Positions 18,579 to 29,320 of a stretch of DNA of 64,000 nt are shown piece by piece. The notes below the pieces were generated by a model. That model made no database searches. It was not told the origin of the DNA and worked only from the letters and a program-made list of their open reading frames with translations. The stretch covers positions 7,152 through 71,151 of the forward strand of contig CABXHG010000002.1 in the NCBI GenBank assembly GCA_902512035.1. The letters run 5' to 3'. The position numbers and the translations under genes are program-made. This DNA comes from an uncultured Gammaproteobacteria bacterium (GTDB lineage: Bacteria; Pseudomonadota; Gammaproteobacteria; PS1; Pseudothioglobaceae). Position 1 is the stretch's first letter, and each line of letters begins with the position of its first letter.

Positions 18579-18884
18579 CTATCCCTTCAAAGTATTAGTT
18601 ACGTCGATGTCAATTGAACCTCGATTTCTATACATTAGAGTCAAAATCGCAAGACCAATGGCTACCTCAGCAGCAGCTACAGTCAAAATAAAGAATACAA
18701 AAATTTGTCCAGATAGGTCAGATCCATAGTAAGAGAAAGCAATAAAGTTGGTATTAACAGCTGCCAAAATTAACTCAACACACATCAAAATCATAATAAT
18801 GTTTGTTCGATTAATAAAAATACCTGCAAGCCCAATACAAAAAACTATGGAGCTCAGAATTAAATAGTCAGATAGTGCTATCAT
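18579..18884 (-). CDS. nuoK: NADH-quinone oxidoreductase subunit K
   Basis: [20 protein letters not shown]. Confidence 0.97.
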   Translation of the reverse strand: MIALSDYLILSSIVFCIGLAGIFINRTNIIMILMCVELILAAVNTNFIAFSYYGSDLSGQIFVFFILTVAAAEVAIGLAILTLMYRNRGSIDIDVTNTLKG

Positions 18885-19495
18885 TTTGGCTCCTTCGTAG
18901 ATTTTTTGTCAATTGAGGCAAACCTCATTCGATCTTTAGCTTGAACATTGATTTGATCAGTGATGTTTTGTTTTTTACTGTTCACTTGAGTTCTATGAAC
19001 CAAAGTAATTGCTGCAATAATAGCAATTAATAGTAGAATCGCTGCTAGCTCAAATGGATAAACATAGACGGTATATAGTTGCTCAGCGATTGCAGTAATG
19101 TTACTGTAAGAGGCTCCATGCTGTTCTGGCATACCAACGCTCTCAAGGTCAAATGGACCAGCATTCAAAACCAATGCCATCTGCACAATCACAACCAACG
19201 ACACAAAAATACCTAATGGAAGATAGCGAGTAAACTGGGCTCTGAGAGTAGATTGATCAGTATCAAGCATCTTGATAACAAACATAAATAAAACCATCAC
19301 AGCACCAACATAAATTAATATGAGTGTGATGGCTAAGAACTCCGCCTCAAGAAGAAGCCAAAGACTTGCTGCACTAAAAAAAGTCAAGATAAGCCAAAGC
19401 GCCGCTTTAGCAGTATTCCTCGAAACAATCATCACAAAGGAGCTACCAACAAAAAAGAGTGAAAACACATAAAATAAAATTGATGTAAATTCCAT
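18881..19495 (-). CDS. nuoJ: NADH-quinone oxidoreductase subunit J
   Basis: [23 protein letters not shown]; position in operon. Confidence 0.96.
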   Translation of the reverse strand: MEFTSILFYVFSLFFVGSSFVMIVSRNTAKAALWLILTFFSAASLWLLLEAEFLAITLILIYVGAVMVLFMFVIKMLDTDQSTLRAQFTRYLPLGIFVSLVVIVQMALVLNAGPFDLESVGMPEQHGASYSNITAIAEQLYTVYVYPFELAAILLLIAIIAAITLVHRTQVNSKKQNITDQINVQAKDRMRFASIDKKSTKEPK

Positions 19496-19503
19496 AACTT
19501 CCT

Positions 19504-19995
19504 TTACCTATACTTTGAATCTTCTTCTCTGGCCTTATTGATAGCACTTTCGTTTTTATCGCCAATCTCTAATAAACCTTTCTTGTCAATAATGCTTCCT
19601 TCTCTAGATTCAAAAGCATAATCAAAAATATGAGTCTCCACGATTGCATCAACAGGACAAGCTTCTTCACAGAAACCACAAAAAATACACTTAAACAAAT
19701 CTATATCATATTGTGTTGTTCTTCGAGTTCCATCCTCTCTCATCTCTGAATCAATTGTTATTGCATTTGCTGGACAAACTGCTTCACAAAGTTTGCAAGC
19801 TATGCATCTCTCTTCACCATTTGGGTAACGGCGAAGTGCATGCAAACCCCTAAACCTTGGTGAAATTGGAGTCCTCTCTTCAGGGAATTGAACTGTAATT
19901 TTTTTATTGACGAACTCTTTACTCGTAACCTTGAGTCCTGTACGAAGTTCACCGAGACTAAAATCATTAACTAATTTTTTTAATTTTTTCTTCAT
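19504..19995 (-). CDS. nuoI: NADH-quinone oxidoreductase subunit I
   Basis: Two CxxCxxCxxxCP motifs; [14 protein letters not shown]. Confidence 0.98.
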   Translation of the reverse strand: MKKKLKKLVNDFSLGELRTGLKVTSKEFVNKKITVQFPEERTPISPRFRGLHALRRYPNGEERCIACKLCEAVCPANAITIDSEMREDGTRRTTQYDIDLFKCIFCGFCEEACPVDAIVETHIFDYAFESREGSIIDKKGLLEIGDKNESAINKAREEDSKYR

Positions 19996-20007
19996 ATCTC
20001 TATCTCC

Positions 20008-21075
20008 TTAAAACCAGGGTCCGATTCCTAATTGCGTCATCAACGCAACGACAAATATCCAAACAATTGTCAGTGGCAAGAACACTTTCCAACATAATCT
20101 CATAATTTGGTCATACCTAAACCTAGGGAATGAGGCACGAATCCAAAAATATAAAAACAAAAAGAAACTCATTTTGACTAGCAACCAAATTAAGTCAGGC
20201 ACAAATCCAAACAATCCCTCCAGGAATGGAATCCCTTCAAAAGGAGAGTGCCAGCCCCCAAAAAACATAAGTACTGCCAACATGGCCATGAAAATCATGT
20301 TGAAATATTCGGCCATAAAAAATAATGCAAATGGCATTCCTGAGTATTCGACATGTGTTCCACCAACAATCTCAGACTCACCCTCGACTACGTCAAAGGG
20401 CGCTCTATTGGTCTCAACTAAAGCCCCTATCCAGAAAACAATCATCATTGGGAACAGGGGAATCCAGTACCAATTTAATATTCCCCCCGATTGACTTTCA
20501 ACGACCGTATTTAGGTTTACTGAACTGGCAATCATGACTACAGTTACAAGAACAAATCCAATCACTAATTCATAAGAAATGAGTAAAGCTGTACTTCTAA
20601 GTGCACCTAGAAGTGGGTACTTAGAGTTAGACGCCCATCCAGCAAGAACAATGCCATATACACCGACTGACCCAATAGCCATTACATAGAGAAGGCTAAC
20701 ATCGATATTAGCAATGTAGAAGTCTTCTCCAAGTGGAACGACTGCCCATACTGCAACAGCGGGAACAAAGGCTAGGATAGGGGCAAGCAAAAATAGATAG
20801 ATATTTGACTTTGAAGGAAAAATGATTTCCTTGAATAGCATTTTAAAGACATCGGCAAAGGGTTGAAGAAGGCCAAATGGACCTACTCGGTTTGGCCCAA
20901 TTCTAAGCTGCATAAAGCCAATCACTTTTCTTTCAGCATAGGTCATATAGGCCATCATAATTATTAGAGGAAAAATGAGAGCTAATCCTTTAATTACAAT
21001 AATCAATATATCAGCTAGACCTCCATCAAACCATGGAATCAATTGGTGTGTAAGGTCTACGAATGATTTCCACAT
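20008..21075 (-). CDS. nuoH: NADH-quinone oxidoreductase subunit H
   Basis: ERKVIGFMQLRIGPNRVG, ETNRAPFD, PRFRYDQ. Confidence 0.98.
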   Translation of the reverse strand: MWKSFVDLTHQLIPWFDGGLADILIIVIKGLALIFPLIIMMAYMTYAERKVIGFMQLRIGPNRVGPFGLLQPFADVFKMLFKEIIFPSKSNIYLFLLAPILAFVPAVAVWAVVPLGEDFYIANIDVSLLYVMAIGSVGVYGIVLAGWASNSKYPLLGALRSTALLISYELVIGFVLVTVVMIASSVNLNTVVESQSGGILNWYWIPLFPMMIVFWIGALVETNRAPFDVVEGESEIVGGTHVEYSGMPFALFFMAEYFNMIFMAMLAVLMFFGGWHSPFEGIPFLEGLFGFVPDLIWLLVKMSFFLFLYFWIRASFPRFRYDQIMRLCWKVFLPLTIVWIFVVALMTQLGIGPWF

Positions 21076-21078
21076 AAT

Positions 21079-23325
21079 CTAGCCCCCCTCAACCCTTCTG
21101 GCCTGATTAGTATGAACAAAAACATAATCTTCAGCGACAGCATTGGTAATGGAAACTGGAACACCCAAATAAAGATCATCACCATTAATATCAAGCCTCT
21201 TGGCAGTCGATTTTGATACAAAAGCACTATTAATCATCCCAATATTGGATTCCTGAAGTGCTGTTGCTCTTCTAGTAACACTATCAGTTGCATAAGGAGC
21301 GTATTGCCAGTGAGTGGTAATTTGTGAATCATCAATCTCAGCATTAACATCATCAAAACTAAATTTCATTTTAGAAGATTGAAGCGCCTCATCTTTAACT
21401 TGAGTAGAGTCAATATAATCAAAGCCATCCAGCTCTAATAAATCTGCTAAAACTTTGATAATCTTCCAGCCAGGTTTAGAGTCGCCTGGACTCTTGACTG
21501 AAGCACTAAATGATTGCACCAAACCATCAAAATTAATGTGAGTGCCTGAGGCTTCATAGTAAGAAGCCATTGGCAGAATAACGTCTGCATTTGTATGTAA
21601 CGATTCATTTTCAAAACTGCTCATTGAAACAACAAAAACATCTTCATTATTGAAACAATCTGCAGCCGACTGTAAGTTAATAAAGTCATAGTCGCAATCT
21701 ACATCCATCAACATAAATACCTTGGTATTTTCATTGAACATAGAAATTGCATTCATACCATTTTTGGTAGGCATAAAACCAACTCTTTCAGCTGCGTGGG
21801 AATTTCCTGAAAGCGTTAAATTTGCAATTTTTAAATCAGTAATCAGCGCTATTTGAAAAATAAGGTTTGTGATTGCAGATGAACTAGGATTGCTATTTAA
21901 ATGTTCTCCTAAAACAATGACTCCATTTTTTGATGCAATTAAATCATCAGCAATTTTATTGTGAACATCATCTGGGATGACTTTAGATAAATATCTTGGA
22001 ACATCAGTCCCTATCTTTGAATGTAGTGACTTAAGAATAGAATGAAGCATTGGCAATATTTTTTGTGGGGCAGACAATACATCCAATTCTGTGTTGAAAT
22101 TAAAATCAAACTGTTTGCTGTTAATTGTATTAACTGAAGCACCATTAAGAACAGCTTTTCTGATTCGATGGTTTATCATTGGCTGCTCTAATCGAGTATA
22201 TGAACCAACAATTAAAGCATGATCAATTGATTCAATTTCTGACAAAGTTATAGTTGATTCCAATGAACCCCCATCACTCAAATCAGCTTGATCTATTCGG
22301 AAGTCTATATTGTCTGAACCAAAACTGCGTGCTAATTTTTGCATCAGGAAGTACTCTTCCAATGAAGAATATTTTGATGCTAAAACCCCAAGCTGCTCTG
22401 GACTCTTAGCACTATTATTTATTCCTTCAATTGCAAAATCAAGGGCTTCTTGCCACTCAGCTTCTTGCCACTCACCATCGATTTTGACTTTAGGTTTTAG
22501 CGCACGACTTTCATGACTTAAGCCTTCATAAGAAAAACGGTCGCGGTCAGATATCCAGGTTTCGTTTACAGAATCATTATCTCTAGCAACGACTCTCTTA
22601 ACTTTACCTCTATAACTCTGAGTAAAGATATTTGATCCAACTGAGTCATGTCGTGCAACACTGGGAACTGCATTCATTTGCCAAGTTCTCGCTTCATACC
22701 TAAATGGCTTTGATGTCAATGCACCTACAGGACAAACATCTATCATATTTCCTGACAACTCTGACTGAATTCCTTCTGTTAAGAAAGGCTCGATTTTGAC
22801 GTCTTCACCTCTTCCAGTTCCGCCCATCTCTACAATGCCTGCAACTTCTGCCCCAAATCTAACACATCGAGTACAGTGAATACACCTGGTCATATCAGTT
22901 TGAATGAGTGCACCGATACCTTTATCAGGAACTATTCTCTTTCCTTCATTAAATTTTGAAACATCTGAGCCATATTCCATCGCAACATCTTGGAGCTCAC
23001 ATTCTCCACCTTGATCACAAATTGGACAATCAAGAGGATGATTAATGAGTAAGAATTCCATGACTGCTTTTTGCGCAAACTTAGCCTTATCATTTTTTGT
23101 ATGAACCTTCATACCGTTTGCAACAGGAGTGGAGCAAGCTGGTTGTGCTTTAGGAGCGCCTTCAACATCAACCAAACACATTCTACAGTTTGCAGCAACA
23201 GATAGTTTTTTGTGATAGCAAAAACGAGGCACTTCTATGCCTTCTCTATCAGTAATCTTGATAATAGAGTCGCCCTGTTTGGCTTTGACTAGATTACCAT
23301 CAATTTCAATTTCAATTTCAGACAC
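21079..23325 (-). CDS. nuoG: NADH-quinone oxidoreductase subunit G
   Basis: PRFCYH...CRMCLV, NHPLDCPICDQGGEC, RCIHCTRC; GTG start at 23325 with GAGG RBS. Confidence 0.97.
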   Translation of the reverse strand: MSEIEIEIDGNLVKAKQGDSIIKITDREGIEVPRFCYHKKLSVAANCRMCLVDVEGAPKAQPACSTPVANGMKVHTKNDKAKFAQKAVMEFLLINHPLDCPICDQGGECELQDVAMEYGSDVSKFNEGKRIVPDKGIGALIQTDMTRCIHCTRCVRFGAEVAGIVEMGGTGRGEDVKIEPFLTEGIQSELSGNMIDVCPVGALTSKPFRYEARTWQMNAVPSVARHDSVGSNIFTQSYRGKVKRVVARDNDSVNETWISDRDRFSYEGLSHESRALKPKVKIDGEWQEAEWQEALDFAIEGINNSAKSPEQLGVLASKYSSLEEYFLMQKLARSFGSDNIDFRIDQADLSDGGSLESTITLSEIESIDHALIVGSYTRLEQPMINHRIRKAVLNGASVNTINSKQFDFNFNTELDVLSAPQKILPMLHSILKSLHSKIGTDVPRYLSKVIPDDVHNKIADDLIASKNGVIVLGEHLNSNPSSSAITNLIFQIALITDLKIANLTLSGNSHAAERVGFMPTKNGMNAISMFNENTKVFMLMDVDCDYDFINLQSAADCFNNEDVFVVSMSSFENESLHTNADVILPMASYYEASGTHINFDGLVQSFSASVKSPGDSKPGWKIIKVLADLLELDGFDYIDSTQVKDEALQSSKMKFSFDDVNAEIDDSQITTHWQYAPYATDSVTRRATALQESNIGMINSAFVSKSTAKRLDINGDDLYLGVPVSITNAVAEDYVFVHTNQARRVEGG

Positions 23326-24619
23326 TTGTCGCTTCCTCAATCAAATTATGCTCCCCTTCTATAATGCTTTTACCGTTCTTAATATAGTATTCAAACTCGT
23401 CTCTAAAATTATTAATGAAGCTCACAACAGGAGCTGCTGCAGCATCTCCAAGGGCGCAGATTGTATTTCCTTCAATTTTCTCGCTGACAGATAAAAGTAG
23501 ATCTAAGTCTTCTTTTTTTCCATTTCCATCAAGAATTCTTTGAAGCATTCTGTATAGCCAGCCTGTCCCTTCTCTGCAAGGAGTACACTGGCCACATGAC
23601 TCGTCATAATAAAAGTGTGCCAGACGCGTTAGAGTTTTAACCATGCAAGTTGCATCATCCATAACAATAACTGAGCCCGCACCTAAAATTGATCCTGCAC
23701 TTGCTATGCTGTCATAGTCCATAGTCATATTCATTGCTGTCTCAGCTGCAAGAACCGGTGTAGATGACCCTCCAGGTATAACTGCTTTAAGTGTCCGTCC
23801 TTCTTTCAAACCTCCAGCTAATTCTAGCAACTTAGAAAAGGGTGTACCCATAGGGACTTCAAAATTTGCAGGATGTTTGACACTGCCCGTCACTGAAAAA
23901 CATTTTGTTCCACCAGAATTCTCGACACCTAAATCAGCAAACCATTGACCACCTCTTGAGAGGATTTCAGGAACCGAAGCAAATGTCTCAGTATTATTGA
24001 TTGTCGTTGGCTTACCAAATAATCCAACATTAGCTGGGAAAGGCGGCTTAAATCTGGGTTGGCCTTTTTTACCTTCTAGAGATTCAAGTAGTGCTGTCTC
24101 CTCACCACAGATATATGCTCCAGCTCCGAGGTGCGTGTATAAATCAAATGAAATAAGGCTTCCCTGAAGAGTTTTTCCAAGCAAGCCAGCTTTATATGCA
24201 TCTTTCAAGGCCTCCTCGAAACGATAATAAGGTTCCATAAATTCACCACGAATGTAGTTATATCCAACCGTTGCATTCACTACAAAGCCAGCTATTGCCA
24301 TTCCTTCAATGACTGAGTGAGGATTGTATCTAAGAATGTCACGGTCATGACATGTACCAGGCTCCCCTTCATCTGAATTGCAAACTACATATTTCTGAAC
24401 TTCCTGATTGCGAGGCATGAAACTCCACTTCAAGCCAGTTGGAAAACCAGCGCCACCGCGACCTCTTAATCCAGAGGTCTTTAATTCTGTAATGATTTCA
24501 TCGGGCGTTAGTTCCCCCTTAAGAATTTTGCGCCAAACTTGATAACCACCATTCGCCTCATACGTTGCAAAACTTGCTGGATTTTCTTTACCTAGGTTCT
24601 TAAAACAAACTTCATTCAT
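23318..24619 (-). CDS. nuoF: NADH-quinone oxidoreductase subunit F
   Basis: [39 protein letters not shown]. Confidence 0.98.
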   Translation of the reverse strand: MNEVCFKNLGKENPASFATYEANGGYQVWRKILKGELTPDEIITELKTSGLRGRGGAGFPTGLKWSFMPRNQEVQKYVVCNSDEGEPGTCHDRDILRYNPHSVIEGMAIAGFVVNATVGYNYIRGEFMEPYYRFEEALKDAYKAGLLGKTLQGSLISFDLYTHLGAGAYICGEETALLESLEGKKGQPRFKPPFPANVGLFGKPTTINNTETFASVPEILSRGGQWFADLGVENSGGTKCFSVTGSVKHPANFEVPMGTPFSKLLELAGGLKEGRTLKAVIPGGSSTPVLAAETAMNMTMDYDSIASAGSILGAGSVIVMDDATCMVKTLTRLAHFYYDESCGQCTPCREGTGWLYRMLQRILDGNGKKEDLDLLLSVSEKIEGNTICALGDAAAAPVVSFINNFRDEFEYYIKNGKSIIEGEHNLIEEATSV

Positions 24620-25089
24620 TTTAATTCTTCCAAAATCTTATCTAATTTATCAGTCGTTAAGTTCTCGTAATACTGATCGCCAATCTGACACATAGGACCT
24701 CCTACACAGGCACCTAAACATTCAACTTTTTTGACACTGACTAATCCATCTTTAGTGACCTCTCCAGTTTTAACTTCCAGCTTATCTTCTAAGTATGAGA
24801 TTAAATCATCAGAACCGTTAAGCATGCAAGATATGTTGTGACAGAATCGCACGACATGCTTTCCAACAGGCTTATGATTATAGTTTTCATAAAATGTTGC
24901 AACTTCCTGAACACTGATTGCTGGCATCTTCAAATAATCGGCAACTGCATATATGAGGTCAGAATTTAGTCTTCCGCTATTTTCCTTTTGAACAATAGTT
25001 AATGCCTGCATGACTGCAGAGCTTTCACGGCCTTTAGGGTATTTAGAGACCCAGATGTCTATTTCTTTTTTTGCTTCATTAGAAATCAT
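24616..25089 (-). CDS. nuoE: NADH-quinone oxidoreductase subunit E
   Basis: EVATFY, CHNISC, ECLGAC. Confidence 0.97.
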   Translation of the reverse strand: MISNEAKKEIDIWVSKYPKGRESSAVMQALTIVQKENSGRLNSDLIYAVADYLKMPAISVQEVATFYENYNHKPVGKHVVRFCHNISCMLNGSDDLISYLEDKLEVKTGEVTKDGLVSVKKVECLGACVGGPMCQIGDQYYENLTTDKLDKILEELK

Positions 25090-26339
25090 CTATCAACCTC
25101 ACCAAAAACAATATCTTGAGAGCCAATTATGGTTACAACATCAGACAACATATGCCCCTTTGACATTTCATCCATTGCTGCTAGATGAGAAAAACCAGGT
25201 GCTCTAATCTTTACTCTATATGGCTTATTAGCACCATCAGAAACAAGATAAACACCAAACTCCCCTTTTGGTGCTTCTACTGCTGTATATGCCTCACCCT
25301 CAGGTAAACAATAACCCTCAGTAAATAATTTGAAGTGGTGAATCAGTGACTCCATGTCGCCTTTCATGTCTTCACGATTAGGTGGCGTAACTTTGTGATC
25401 ATCAGACATTACAGATCCAGGATTAGCTTTAAGCCATGCGACGCATTGATTAATTATGCGAGTTGATTGACGCATCTCCTCCATTCGAACCAAATATCGA
25501 TCATAGCAATCGCCAGTAACTCCGACTGGTATCTCAAAATCTAATTGGTCATACACAGAATAGGGTTCATTCTTACGGATATCCCACTCAACCCCTGAGC
25601 CTCTCAACATAGCTCCGGTGAAGCCGAGCTGCATAGCTCTTTCTGGAGAAACAACCGCAATATTAACGAGCCTTTGTTTCCAAATCCTATTGTCAGTCAG
25701 TAGGTCAGAATATTGCTGAATACTTGCAGGGAATTTATTTGCAAAATCTTCAATAAAATCAAGAAGAGAGCCTTGTCGGTTATGATTAATTTCCTCAAGT
25801 TTCTCCTTGGATCTTAATTTAGATTCAAGATATTGAGGCATCTTATTTGGCAAGTCTCTATACACACCGCCAGGTCTATAATAAGTGGCATGCATTCTTG
25901 AACCACTGACAGCTTCATAACAATCAATTAGGTTTTCACGCTCACGGAAGGCATACAAAAATACACTCATAGCTCCAACATCTAAAGCATGAGTCCCAAT
26001 CCACATCAAATGATTCATTATTCGAGTAATCTCATCAAACATTACTCTAATATATTCAGCACGCTCAGGCACTTTTATTCCTAGCATTTTTTCAATGCCC
26101 ATAACATAGGCGTGCTCATTACACATCATTGATACGTAATCAAGGCGATCCATATATCCAATTGATTGGTTGTATGGCTTGGACTCTGCTAATTTTTCTG
26201 TCCCTCTATGCAAAAGTCCAATATGAGGATCTGCTCTTTCTACAACCTCACCATCTAGCTCAAGAATAAGTCTTAAAACCCCGTGGGCAGCTGGGTGCTG
26301 CGGTCCAAAGTTAAGAGTGTAGTTTTTCATCTCAGACAT
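25086..26339 (-). CDS. nuoD: NADH-quinone oxidoreductase subunit D
   Basis: [23 protein letters not shown]-terminal GEVDR. Confidence 0.98.
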   Translation of the reverse strand: MSEMKNYTLNFGPQHPAAHGVLRLILELDGEVVERADPHIGLLHRGTEKLAESKPYNQSIGYMDRLDYVSMMCNEHAYVMGIEKMLGIKVPERAEYIRVMFDEITRIMNHLMWIGTHALDVGAMSVFLYAFRERENLIDCYEAVSGSRMHATYYRPGGVYRDLPNKMPQYLESKLRSKEKLEEINHNRQGSLLDFIEDFANKFPASIQQYSDLLTDNRIWKQRLVNIAVVSPERAMQLGFTGAMLRGSGVEWDIRKNEPYSVYDQLDFEIPVGVTGDCYDRYLVRMEEMRQSTRIINQCVAWLKANPGSVMSDDHKVTPPNREDMKGDMESLIHHFKLFTEGYCLPEGEAYTAVEAPKGEFGVYLVSDGANKPYRVKIRAPGFSHLAAMDEMSKGHMLSDVVTIIGSQDIVFGEVDR

Positions 26340-26342
26340 ATT

Positions 26343-26957
26343 TTATTTCCTTATCACTCTTGGGACATTAACGTTAGGTTCAATACTGACTGGCTCATAG
26401 ACTACTCTTTGCAATTTCTCGTCGTATCTCATTTCAACTTCACCAATCAATGGGAAATCTTTTCTTAGGGGGTGACCAACAAAACCATAATCTGTCAATA
26501 TCCTTCTCAGATCATTATGGTTTTCAAATAAAATTCCAAATAAGTCAAATGCCTCTCTTTCAAACCAGTCAGCGCAATTCCAAATCTTGGTAACAGATTG
26601 AATCATTAAACTCTCAGAGGACAGAAGCGCCTTTACTCTTAATCTTTGATTATTCGAAACAGAAAGAAGATGGTAAACAACACCAAAACGTTGCTCTTTT
26701 TGATTGCTTGATTGTTGTGCCTGACGAGCCCTGCCAAATCCAGAGGAACTAGCATTTCCATTCCAGTCTGACTCTCCGTAACTTAAATAATCAATACCAC
26801 AAAGATCGATTAAAATTTCAAATTGAAAGTCATCTTTGAGCTTCTGGCAAACATCAACAACTTTATCACTGTTAATGCAAACCGTAATCTCATTAAAAGA
26901 TTCACTCACATTTTTTTTACCAAAAGCTTTGGATAATTTTTGTTTTAATTCTTTCAT
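26343..26957 (-). CDS. nuoC: NADH-quinone oxidoreductase subunit C (not fused to D)
   Basis: [31 protein letters not shown]. Confidence 0.98.
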   Translation of the reverse strand: MKELKQKLSKAFGKKNVSESFNEITVCINSDKVVDVCQKLKDDFQFEILIDLCGIDYLSYGESDWNGNASSSGFGRARQAQQSSNQKEQRFGVVYHLLSVSNNQRLRVKALLSSESLMIQSVTKIWNCADWFEREAFDLFGILFENHNDLRRILTDYGFVGHPLRKDFPLIGEVEMRYDEKLQRVVYEPVSIEPNVNVPRVIRK

Positions 26958-26960
26958 GAT

Positions 26961-27440
26961 TTAGGTTCGAGCAATTGTATTGGTTCTTCGAATTTTCTCT
27001 TGCAATTGAAGAATTCCGTATAACAAAGCCTCAGCTGTAGGCGGACAACCAGGGACATAAACATCAACAGGTACTATTCGATCACAGCCTCTAACAACAG
27101 CATATGAGTAGTGATAATAACCTCCTCCATTAGCGCAAGACCCCATAGACAATACATACTTTGGTTCAGGCATCTGATCATAAACTTTTCTTAAAGCTGG
27201 AGCCATTTTGTTCGTTAGCGTTCCAGCAACAATCATTAAATCTGACTGGCGAGGCGTTGGTCTAAAAACGATGCCAAAACGATCAAGATCATATCTTGAT
27301 GAGCCGGCCTCCATCATCTCAACGGCACAACAAGCAAGTCCAAAGGTCATTGGCCAAAGTGAGCCTGTTCTCGCCCAGTTGATAACCTTGTCTAGCGAAG
27401 TTGTGACAAAGCCTTCTTTCATTAAGCCTTCAATAGCCAT
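26961..27440 (-). CDS. nuoB: NADH-quinone oxidoreductase subunit B
   Basis: [19 protein letters not shown]. Confidence 0.98.
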   Translation of the reverse strand: MAIEGLMKEGFVTTSLDKVINWARTGSLWPMTFGLACCAVEMMEAGSSRYDLDRFGIVFRPTPRQSDLMIVAGTLTNKMAPALRKVYDQMPEPKYVLSMGSCANGGGYYHYSYAVVRGCDRIVPVDVYVPGCPPTAEALLYGILQLQEKIRRTNTIART

Positions 27441-27452
27441 AGAAATTCCTCA

Positions 27453-27809
27453 TTACTCCCACTCTAAAGCTCCTTTTTTCCACTCGAATATAAAGCCGAC
27501 CACTAGAAGTAGTAAAAAAATAGACATTGCAATAAATCCAAACCATCCAAGCTTAGCCTGCACTACAGCCCAAGGAATAAAGAAAGCTACCTCTAGATCA
27601 AAAAGGACAAACAAAATAGCAACAAGATAATAGCGGATATTGAAGTGCATGCGTGAGTCATCAAAGGCTGGAAAACCGCACTCAAATTGTGAGTTTTTTT
27701 CATCACTTGGATCACTCGGCCCGAGTAGATATCCAACGACTGTAAGGCCTACCCCAAAGGCTATTCCAAGGAAAATGAATACAATAATTGGTAAATAATT
27801 TTCGAGCAT
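27453..27809 (-). CDS. nuoA: NADH-quinone oxidoreductase subunit A
   Basis: FECGF, FDLEVAF, EWKKGALEWE. Confidence 0.98.
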   Translation of the reverse strand: MLENYLPIIVFIFLGIAFGVGLTVVGYLLGPSDPSDEKNSQFECGFPAFDDSRMHFNIRYYLVAILFVLFDLEVAFFIPWAVVQAKLGWFGFIAMSIFLLLLVVGFIFEWKKGALEWE

Positions 27810-27836
27810 TGTTTATCCTCACCTAAACAGCGAAAC

Positions 27837-27845
27837 ATTATATCA
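27837..27845 (-). promoter_or_regulatory. Extended -10 promoter of the nuo operon
   Basis: Minus strand TGATATAAT (TGn-TATAAT) 28 bp upstream of the nuoA ATG. Confidence 0.55.
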
Positions 27846-27901
27846 AAATAATCGTAAAACAGCCAGTTTAAAAGCGTTTAATTGTGAGGCAAGATAATGA
27901 A

Positions 27902-29320
27902 TTAAAGCTGGGTGCCGCCCACGGTTAACATGTCAACTTTGAGACTTGGTTGTCCAACTCCAACAGGCACACTTTGACCATCTTTTCCGCAGACACCAAT
28001 GCCCGGGTCCAATTGAAGATCATTGCCTACCATTGAAATCTGGTGAAGTACCTCATCACCAGACCCAATAAGAGTAGCACCTTTAATTGGAGTAGTGATT
28101 TTTCCGTTTTTAATTAGATACGCTTCATTAGCTGAAAAAACAAACTTTCCTGAAGTGATGTCAACCTGTCCACCGTCAAAGTTTTTGGCATAAATCCCAT
28201 CTTCAACTGATGAAATCATATTTTCGAATTTATCTTCTCCATTGAGCATATATGTGTTGGTCATTCTGGGCATTGGAATATGCGCGTAAGATTCACGCCT
28301 ACCATTTCCAGTGCTAGGTTTATTCATCAGTCGACCATTCATTTTGTCCATCATATAGCCTTTAAGCAGCCCATTTTCAATTAAAGTTGTTTCTTGTGTA
28401 GGAGTTCCTTCGTCATCGATTGTTAGGCTGCCACGACGATTTGCTATGGTACCGTTATCAACTATTGTACATTTTTCACTTGCAACCTTTTCACCAATTC
28501 TCCCGCTAAAAACTGAACTACCCTTTCGATTAAAATCACCCTCTAATCCATGTCCAATAGCCTCATGTAAAAGTACGCCAGGCCAACCAGAACCGAGGAT
28601 GACAGGCATTTTTCCTGCCGGAGCATCATGAGAGTCGAGTGCTACTAAGGCTAGGCGAATTGCCTCTTTAGTGTAAGCTTCAGCTAGAGAGTTTTTTGCA
28701 AAATAACTATAATCATAACGCCCACCGCCTCCAGTTGAGGCCTGTTCAATTCTTCCATTATGCTCAACAATAACTGATACATTGACTCTTACCATAGGTC
28801 TGCGATCAACTTGATAAACCCCATCTGTAGAAGCAATTAATACTTCAGTATATGCACCTGAAAGTGAGGCATTGACCTGCACAACCTTAGGTTCTTTCCT
28901 TGCCATTGAATCAATTTGTCTAAGTAAATCAACTTTTTGCTTAGAAGTTAAACTATCAAGAGGACTAATTGAAGCGTACTTAGAAGGATAATTTAAGCTT
29001 TTTAAAATTCTTGGTGACTTATTTGATTTTTTACTGGTTATACCTTTTGCAAAATCAACTGCCGCTTTAATTGCTTTTAAATTTAAATCATCTGAATAAG
29101 AAAATCCTGTTTGATCACCTGACACACATCTGGCACCTACACCATGGCTGATGTTATATGAACCATCCTTTACAATTCCTTCATCAAGAACCCATGACTC
29201 AGCGATAGAGTGCTGAAAAAATAAATCTGAATAATCTGAGCCGTTATCTGACATTGAACTGAGCATGTTATAAACTTCAATTTCATTAATTTTGTGATCA
29301 TTAAGTAATTGATTAATCAT
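27902..29320 (-). CDS. tldD: Metalloprotease TldD
   Basis: GWPGVLLHEAIGHGLEGDFNRKG, PMPRMTNT, CGKDGQSVPVGVGQP. Confidence 0.96.
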   Translation of the reverse strand: MINQLLNDHKINEIEVYNMLSSMSDNGSDYSDLFFQHSIAESWVLDEGIVKDGSYNISHGVGARCVSGDQTGFSYSDDLNLKAIKAAVDFAKGITSKKSNKSPRILKSLNYPSKYASISPLDSLTSKQKVDLLRQIDSMARKEPKVVQVNASLSGAYTEVLIASTDGVYQVDRRPMVRVNVSVIVEHNGRIEQASTGGGGRYDYSYFAKNSLAEAYTKEAIRLALVALDSHDAPAGKMPVILGSGWPGVLLHEAIGHGLEGDFNRKGSSVFSGRIGEKVASEKCTIVDNGTIANRRGSLTIDDEGTPTQETTLIENGLLKGYMMDKMNGRLMNKPSTGNGRRESYAHIPMPRMTNTYMLNGEDKFENMISSVEDGIYAKNFDGGQVDITSGKFVFSANEAYLIKNGKITTPIKGATLIGSGDEVLHQISMVGNDLQLDPGIGVCGKDGQSVPVGVGQPSLKVDMLTVGGTQL